Shown: positions 58,677 through 64,000 of the stretch, one piece after another
Numbering within the stretch: the first letter of the stretch is position 1
How the letters are laid out: each line of letters starts with the position of its first letter
Source: Candidatus Doudnabacteria bacterium
GTDB taxonomy: Bacteria; Patescibacteriota; Doudnabacteria; UBA920
Direction of reading: 5' to 3'
DNA: 64,000 nucleotides
NCBI GenBank assembly: GCA_963837465.1
Contig: CAWINB010000001.1
Location: 437,646-501,645 of the forward strand
The notes under the pieces: generated by a model
The model's database searches: none
What the model was told of the DNA's origin: nothing
What the model saw: the letters and a program-made list of their open reading frames with translations, nothing else
Program-made: the position numbers and the translations under genes

Positions 58677-59573
58677 TTATTTATAGAGGGTTAGGAAAAT
58701 TTCATTAAGGGTCGGGCGGCGGACATCGAATGTGGTAACATGCAGCCCATCGCTATTGGCCAGGAACCTGAATATTTCGTCGACTGTGGCGTCTTTCTGC
58801 CATGTCAGTTCCGCGTAGTGCGGCAATTGTTTGGTAATTTGGTAAAGCTTTTCATTTATAGGTAATTGCCCGCTGTAAGCGAGCGAAATAACCGTAGCGC
58901 CAAATTGGTTTTTTACTTCATCCACCGTGCCGTACAGGGCCCGAGCGCCGTCCTTGAGCAAAACGATGCGGTCGCACAACTGCTCAACTTCTTCCATACG
59001 GTGCGTGACAAGCATGACCGTGGCGCCCTTATCACGCCGCTCGTTGATAATGTTCATTAACAGCGAACGGTTAACGGGATCCAGGGCTTCCGTCGGCTCG
59101 TCTAAAATCATAAGTGACGGCTCGTGGATAATAGTTGCACCAAGCTGGACTTTTTGTTGTTGACCGTTAGACAGGCTCGACAACCGCTCATGTGCCTTGT
59201 CGCCAATTCCTACACGCTCAAGATAAGCCAAGGATCGTTTTTTTGCTTCGTCCCTGCTTAAACCGTGCATAACGGCTAGGTAAACCATGGTATCCAGCAC
59301 CGGCTCATTGCGATACAGACCGCGCTGTTCCGGCAAATAGCCAACCGCAGCCGCCATTGTGGGACTATAGCGTTTGCCGTTTATTAAAAGCGTGCCGCTA
59401 GTTGGCTCCAAGAGCGACAGCAGTGTGCGGATGGTAGTCGTCTTCCCTGCGCCGTTCGCACCTAGCAAACCAAAGACTTCTCCTTGATTTACATTAAAAG
59501 ACAGGTCTTTAATGACCTCTATGGGGCCGAAACTCATGGCAAATGAATGTATATCTACTACAGGTAAATTCAT
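58677..59573 (-). CDS. ABC transporter ATPase
   Basis: GANGAGKTT, LSNGQQQK, LDEP. Confidence 0.92.
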   Translation of the reverse strand: MNLPVVDIHSFAMSFGPIEVIKDLSFNVNQGEVFGLLGANGAGKTTTIRTLLSLLEPTSGTLLINGKRYSPTMAAAVGYLPEQRGLYRNEPVLDTMVYLAVMHGLSRDEAKKRSLAYLERVGIGDKAHERLSSLSNGQQQKVQLGATIIHEPSLMILDEPTEALDPVNRSLLMNIINERRDKGATVMLVTHRMEEVEQLCDRIVLLKDGARALYGTVDEVKNQFGATVISLAYSGQLPINEKLYQITKQLPHYAELTWQKDATVDEIFRFLANSDGLHVTTFDVRRPTLNEIFLTLYK

Positions 59574-59614
59574 ATAGTTAAAAAATTCCTGCGTGTGCGC
59601 CCATTCCGATTATT

Positions 59615-59866
59615 TTATCGATGAGGGCAGCCGGCCCAACAACAAGGCCGGTGCATTCCGCCTCCAAGCTTAGAGAGCGCCTTCTTGATGCGGATACTGC
59701 GCGTCTCTACTTTTTTGCCAGACGTAACCCAGCATATCCACTCATTGCGTGCAAGTGGTGTAATATCTTCCCATACTGCTCGCGCCGCAGGGGTAGAAGT
59801 AAGGGCCTTTCGTAAATCCTCCGGCACTTTATGTACCACACCAGTGGGAAACTCTTTTTTGGCCAT
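59615..59866 (-). CDS. YdeI/OmpD-associated family protein
   Basis: Highly similar to 50399-50647. Confidence 0.82.
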   Translation of the reverse strand: MAKKEFPTGVVHKVPEDLRKALTSTPAARAVWEDITPLARNEWICWVTSGKKVETRSIRIKKALSKLGGGMHRPCCWAGCPHR

Positions 59867-59870
59867 AAGA

Positions 59871-59981
59871 TTATTTTTTGTAAATAAATTTGCTCAGACC
59901 CCAAAAAAATACACCTACACCTGCCATCCAAATCCCTACGCCTACTGGAGATGCCCAAGAAAATATTGCTTGTAAATTCAT
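59871..59981 (-). CDS. Small membrane peptide, 36 aa (not in ORF track)
   Basis: MNLQAIFSWASPVGVGIWMAGVGVFFWGLSKFIYKK; fills the gap co-directionally. Confidence 0.5.
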   Translation of the reverse strand: MNLQAIFSWASPVGVGIWMAGVGVFFWGLSKFIYKK

Positions 59982-59996
59982 AGATTAGCTTTATGC

Positions 59997-60149
59997 TTAA
60001 TTTTTCTTTAAGAGCTTTTCAAGTTTTTTAAACCTCTTTTGCAAGTCTTCAACTATATCAATATCCAACACCTCTGCTTCAATAAGGAGAAGCTCCAGTT
60101 CATCTATTGATGAATGAATGCCTGTAAGTAGTATAGATTGTTTTTTCAT
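59997..60149 (-). CDS. Small hypothetical protein, 50 aa (not in ORF track)
   Basis: MKKQSILLTGIHSSIDELELLL...KLLKKN. Confidence 0.45.
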   Translation of the reverse strand: MKKQSILLTGIHSSIDELELLLIEAEVLDIDIVEDLQKRFKKLEKLLKKN

Positions 60150-60185
60150 GTTAGGCCATTAAAATTAGTATCTGCCATTTGTAGT

Positions 60186-60722
60186 TTATGCAGCTGTTTT
60201 TTTCTTCAACAAGTTTTGGCTAATTAACTTAAAAATAATCGTCAGGGCAACAGAAATACCGATTAAAATAGAAAAGGCCTCGTAAACATTGTGCACGTAT
60301 GTATTTATGCCGAGAATTATTACCCACTGGGAAATATACCATAATAAATTGCCGATAAAAAGAAAAATAAATATTTCCCAGAAAGATACATCTAGCCATG
60401 CGGACAAGAAGGAGTCCATAAAATTAAAATCTATTATGGATAAAAATACTAACGACAACCGGATACCATTCTTGCCCATAAATCCTTCAATCCTTTTGGC
60501 TTTCTTTTTGATATATGAGACAACCTTATTGTGATGAAAGGTTCTCTGCACCCACTGCCCCAGCCAGTAGCCAACCACTATCCCTATTCCCGTGCCTAAC
60601 AAAAATATTCCATGGATAATCCAGATATTATAATGTTCCTGAAAAGCCTCTAACAAAATTGCATTGGTAGAAACAAGCTCCTGGAACAATAAAGTTATAA
60701 CAATCCATATCCATAATTTCAT
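60186..60722 (-). CDS. Membrane protein, DedA-like
   Basis: GYWLG and GNLLWY segments; hydrophobic. Confidence 0.6.
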   Translation of the reverse strand: MKLWIWIVITLLFQELVSTNAILLEAFQEHYNIWIIHGIFLLGTGIGIVVGYWLGQWVQRTFHHNKVVSYIKKKAKRIEGFMGKNGIRLSLVFLSIIDFNFMDSFLSAWLDVSFWEIFIFLFIGNLLWYISQWVIILGINTYVHNVYEAFSILIGISVALTIIFKLISQNLLKKKTAA

Positions 60723-60925
60723 AAAAGCCCTTTGTCATAAAATTTCGTATTAGGGTTAGGATTTGCCGAGATAATTCAAGTCAAAGACTCAAGTACGCAT
60801 TAACAATAATGAAGCGCAAAGGCTGGGGCTGGACAATCAGTCGCAGCTCCCAACCCCCGCGCTCCAGGATTACCGTGTTGGCTCCAAATCAACAAGCCAA
60901 CTAAGGCAATCATATAAAAATTTTA

Positions 60926-61114
60926 CTATTTCTTCTCCATTGGCATTTTTTCAATCATGCGTTTCATCTTGCCGACAAACTCTAATTTTGCCTGTAAGAT
61001 TTTTTCTTTCTTTTCCAGCATAGCCAGCTTAAACTCTCTTTTCATAGGGCCATGCATTTGATGGCATTCGCAATCGCAAGACTTGGTATCCTGCTCTTCA
61101 TTTTCTTCGTTCAT
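60926..61114 (-). CDS. Small protein with CDCECH motif and coiled coil
   Basis: 62 aa; AAAGGA upstream. Confidence 0.6.
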   Translation of the reverse strand: MNEENEEQDTKSCDCECHQMHGPMKREFKLAMLEKKEKILQAKLEFVGKMKRMIEKMPMEKK

Positions 61115-61160
61115 ATAATTATTCCTTTCGTTTAATTATTTTTCGACCTTTTATGTTTTA

Positions 61161-61607
61161 TTACTTCGTACTATTATTCGGAGCAAACAATTTTGCATCT
61201 ATGCCAACCTGCCGAATCCAACCGGCGGTATCCCAATAATTCCGTTGCTCCACGATCAATCCCTCGGCGTTCACGCGGAAGAAAACGGAGAAAGGTAACT
61301 TGTAGGATCTGTTTGTCGGCGCTATCGCTCCCGTAGGCCAGTCCAAGGCACCAGTGAAAGTGGCGGTCTCTACGACTTCGCAAACCACCTTGTCGCCTTC
61401 CACCACCATACTCATGACTTCCTCCTTCAAATCCGGGAAAGATTTCTCGAACAGTTTTAGTCCTCCAGCAACCATATCTTTGGTAGCCACGCCCCCGCTC
61501 AAGGGACTTTGCAAAGTATAGTCGGGTGCGAGCAATGAAAGTATGGCCTCCTGATCGTGCTTGGTGTACGCCTGCCAGTATTTAGTTATGGTTTCTTTTG
61601 GGGTCAT
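61161..61607 (-). CDS. SnoaL-like ester cyclase
   Basis: SFPDL, EGDKV, I.PT.R, E.RNYWD. Confidence 0.85.
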   Translation of the reverse strand: MTPKETITKYWQAYTKHDQEAILSLLAPDYTLQSPLSGGVATKDMVAGGLKLFEKSFPDLKEEVMSMVVEGDKVVCEVVETATFTGALDWPTGAIAPTNRSYKLPFSVFFRVNAEGLIVEQRNYWDTAGWIRQVGIDAKLFAPNNSTK

Positions 61608-61648
61608 TTTTAGTTAGAAGCTATCTTAAAAAAATATTTAATTCCAGA

Positions 61649-61858
61649 TTATTTCCGGCGCTGCAAAACATTCTCATAGAACATTTCCTGCTTTTTAGCC
61701 TTTGGGCCCAGCTTTCCGGATTTTGCCAAGGAATGCTTGGCTGGTGAAATCTTTTTTGACAAAGAAGTGCCGGTAGAGGCATGCAGGCCGCCTTCATGAA
61801 AAGATATTTTGTGTTGCCCTTTTTTTGCAGGCAGCATCGTTTTTTTGGAGGGAGACAT
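61649..61858 (-). CDS. Small basic protein
   Basis: 69 aa, Lys-rich, co-directional with neighbours. Confidence 0.55.
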   Translation of the reverse strand: MSPSKKTMLPAKKGQHKISFHEGGLHASTGTSLSKKISPAKHSLAKSGKLGPKAKKQEMFYENVLQRRK

Positions 61859-61888
61859 ATATAAAGAGGGTTAATTAAATGGTGGGTT

Positions 61889-62338
61889 TTAGGAATAGAG
61901 CTTACGATGGACACCCGGCTCAGTGGCGGTTGTCAGATCGAAATACTCTCTGATCTTGGTCAGCTTGCCTTGGCTAATTTCGCAGATTAAAACTATTGGG
62001 ATTTCTACCTTAGAGCCTGGAGCTGGCCTGTCCTTGGACGCCGGCCATTGGTCGGTAACTACAGCCTTATGTACATATTCCCAGCAAAGCCTTGTGCCGT
62101 CGGTATTAGTAAATACGTTAAATGGCAGGAGTCCTTCTCCTGATCCGTGCGTACGTGCGGCTACCGATCGTGTCGCCAGTTGCCTTATCTGGTCTGGCCC
62201 CTTGAATGTTTCGCCTGTGGCCATTATTACCCATTCGCCATCCGGAGCCCAGAGCTTCATCATGGCTTCTATGCCCTCATGAGTCATGGCCTCAGTAAAG
62301 TCCTTAACGAGATTAGTGTTATTTTGATTGGAATCCAT
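61889..62338 (-). CDS. NTF2/SnoaL-like protein
   Basis: GK...IREYFD. Confidence 0.78.
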   Translation of the reverse strand: MDSNQNNTNLVKDFTEAMTHEGIEAMMKLWAPDGEWVIMATGETFKGPDQIRQLATRSVAARTHGSGEGLLPFNVFTNTDGTRLCWEYVHKAVVTDQWPASKDRPAPGSKVEIPIVLICEISQGKLTKIREYFDLTTATEPGVHRKLYS

Positions 62339-62391
62339 ATGATTTATTTTAATTGTTAATTTTGTAGACTGTCTTTATAGCAATGCTCATA

Positions 62392-63063
62392 TTACTCCCT
62401 GCCAAGAATGACCAGAAATTCTATTACGTCATTATTATGAATCCCAAATGGGCTTTTAATGCTCCAATCGGAAGCCAAAATAGGAGCCGATCCGGTCGCT
62501 TCAAGTACAGACCCGTTATAGCTGGCGGTGAAAGTAAAGGTAACTGGATGCGTAATGCCATCTATCGTAAGCGAACCGTTTGCTTCTGACGAAATGGTTT
62601 GACCGTTGGTAGGGATATTACTAAGCATGACAGGGCTTGTTAGGCTAAGGGTTGCCCTTGGGTAGGTACTTGTATTCAGCAGCTTCAAGAAGCTGGCGTT
62701 CTGTTTACCGCCCATTGTCAGCTGGCTTAGGTCAGCTTGAAAGGATCCCGAGGAGACCTGATTGTTTAAAATAACCAACGAGCCGGTAACCGCGCTTGTC
62801 CGCCCTACAATCACACCGCTTTGCGTTAAGAACGATTCATTTACCCGAAAACCTGCAACAGAGCCGCTGCCAGCTACCCAAGTACCGTCGGGCGAAGTTG
62901 TGCTTGCGCTTGTTATAGTGCTAAGTTGCGGCAGCTGCAATGGAGCCGCAGTGGGACCTGCTAGCAATCCGGGAGCCAATAATAATGTGGCGACTAAGAT
63001 TACAACAATTGCCACAATGACTATGATAACCCATTTAACTATTATCTTTGTTGTCATATACAT
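62392..63063 (-). CDS. YceI-family protein
   Basis: GS.AGFRV.E, GRT..VTG, G.LTI.G.T.PV. Confidence 0.82.
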   Translation of the reverse strand: MYMTTKIIVKWVIIVIVAIVVILVATLLLAPGLLAGPTAAPLQLPQLSTITSASTTSPDGTWVAGSGSVAGFRVNESFLTQSGVIVGRTSAVTGSLVILNNQVSSGSFQADLSQLTMGGKQNASFLKLLNTSTYPRATLSLTSPVMLSNIPTNGQTISSEANGSLTIDGITHPVTFTFTASYNGSVLEATGSAPILASDWSIKSPFGIHNNDVIEFLVILGRE

Positions 63064-63119
63064 AGCCTCCTATATTTTTTAGTTTTTTCTTTTGACCTAA
63101 AATTCCTTATTAAATTTTT

Positions 63120-63425
63120 TTAAATAACCCCTTCGGCAATAGATCGGGCAATCCTATTATCGGCTCTTAGTTTATAAAAAACTTTTTTACCGATTTTTTC
63201 TCTTTGCAAAATTTTGGCCTGTTCTAAAATTTTAAGCTGCTGCGATGCCAAAGGTATGGAGACTTTTAGAATCCTGGCAATGTCGCTGACAGCAATTTGC
63301 TGCCGCTTGCCCAGCATTTCAAAAATGCGATAACGGTTGGTGTCGCCGAGTATCTTAAAAATTATTCTTTGGTCCGTGCCGTTAAATGCTTTTTGAATTT
63401 TTGCTACTTGTTTGTCTGTGAGCAT
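63120..63425 (-). CDS. ArsR-family regulator
   Basis: FKILGD.NR..I, SQQLKILE. Confidence 0.85.
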   Translation of the reverse strand: MLTDKQVAKIQKAFNGTDQRIIFKILGDTNRYRIFEMLGKRQQIAVSDIARILKVSIPLASQQLKILEQAKILQREKIGKKVFYKLRADNRIARSIAEGVI

Positions 63426-63834
63426 ATTTTTTTTCGTTTAGAAATTTTTTATCAATTCAACCAGAGCCTTAAGCGTACTCTCTATTTCAGATAATAGATA
63501 TAGACGCAAGGTTAATCATGGACTTATTTTTAACCTTTTGCCAGTTTTATTGGTAAAATCTTAACTTAAACAGCTTATTAAGTGTTTAACTGTAGTGTTA
63601 AGTTTTTCTTAAGGCTTATCTTAGGCTGTAATGTTGTAATACATGTTTTGCCGTATACAGAAGTGGTAATAGAGCATATGCTTAAGGAGCCAAGGAGAAA
63701 AAACTTTATGAAAATTAAAAAATGGCTGCTCGATTTAAAATCATTCCTGATACGGCTGAGCGGCTACAAAAAACTTGAGCCGATAAAAGTAAAGGTCGGA
63801 AACAGAAATTACATTAACGGAAAATAATTATTTT

Positions 63835-64000
63835 ATGAATACTAAAAATACAAAAGGCGGAACCTCCCCTGCCGAAAAAAACATCCTTCAAACAGCTTTG
63901 GAAGCGGAAACATTTAAAACATTACTCGCGGCAGTCAAAGCCGCTGGACTGGAAGACACCTTAAACAGCCATGGGCCTTTTACTTTTTTTGCTCCAAACG
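63835..64000 (+). CDS. Fasciclin-domain protein (partial, runs off the window)
   Basis: [17 protein letters not shown]...GPFTFFAP. Confidence 0.85.
   Translation, partial: MNTKNTKGGTSPAEKNILQTALEAETFKTLLAAVKAAGLEDTLNSHGPFTFFAPN

Noticed and set aside
54470-63425. Integron cassette array
   Set aside because: No repeated attC-like sites between genes and no integrase seen
1-64000. Alternative genetic code (TGA or TAG reassigned)
   Set aside because: Conserved genes end at expected positions with TGA (purL, purN) and TAG (purC); only isolated internal stops occur

Overview
Bacterial window, inferred to be Patescibacteria/CPR-like from weak or absent SD sites, apparent leaderless promoters, LLAAGC lipoprotein, pilin and IPT/TIG surface proteins. 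Bases 1.1-15.0 kb hold a de novo purine operon (purSL fusion, purQ, purF, purN, purD, purE, purM, purC, purB, plus an M24-fold protein and a HAD hydrolase; no purH or purK in the window). It carries many small palindromic repeats, and at least 10 sit in-frame inside purL, purD, purM and purC. purF has an in-frame TAG at the conserved Gln of LQHRGQE. The rest is accessory DNA: a Zn/Mn ABC transporter with a Fur/Zur regulator and three matching operator boxes, an intact IS630, a 161-bp MITE family with 3-bp TNA target duplications plus 73-bp derivatives (one diverged copy in-frame in a signal peptide), two-component genes, MFS/ABC transporters, surface proteins, and a minus-strand cluster of small stress or drug-related genes. 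No rRNA, complete tRNA or CRISPR array was seen. All product calls come from motif recognition, not database searches.
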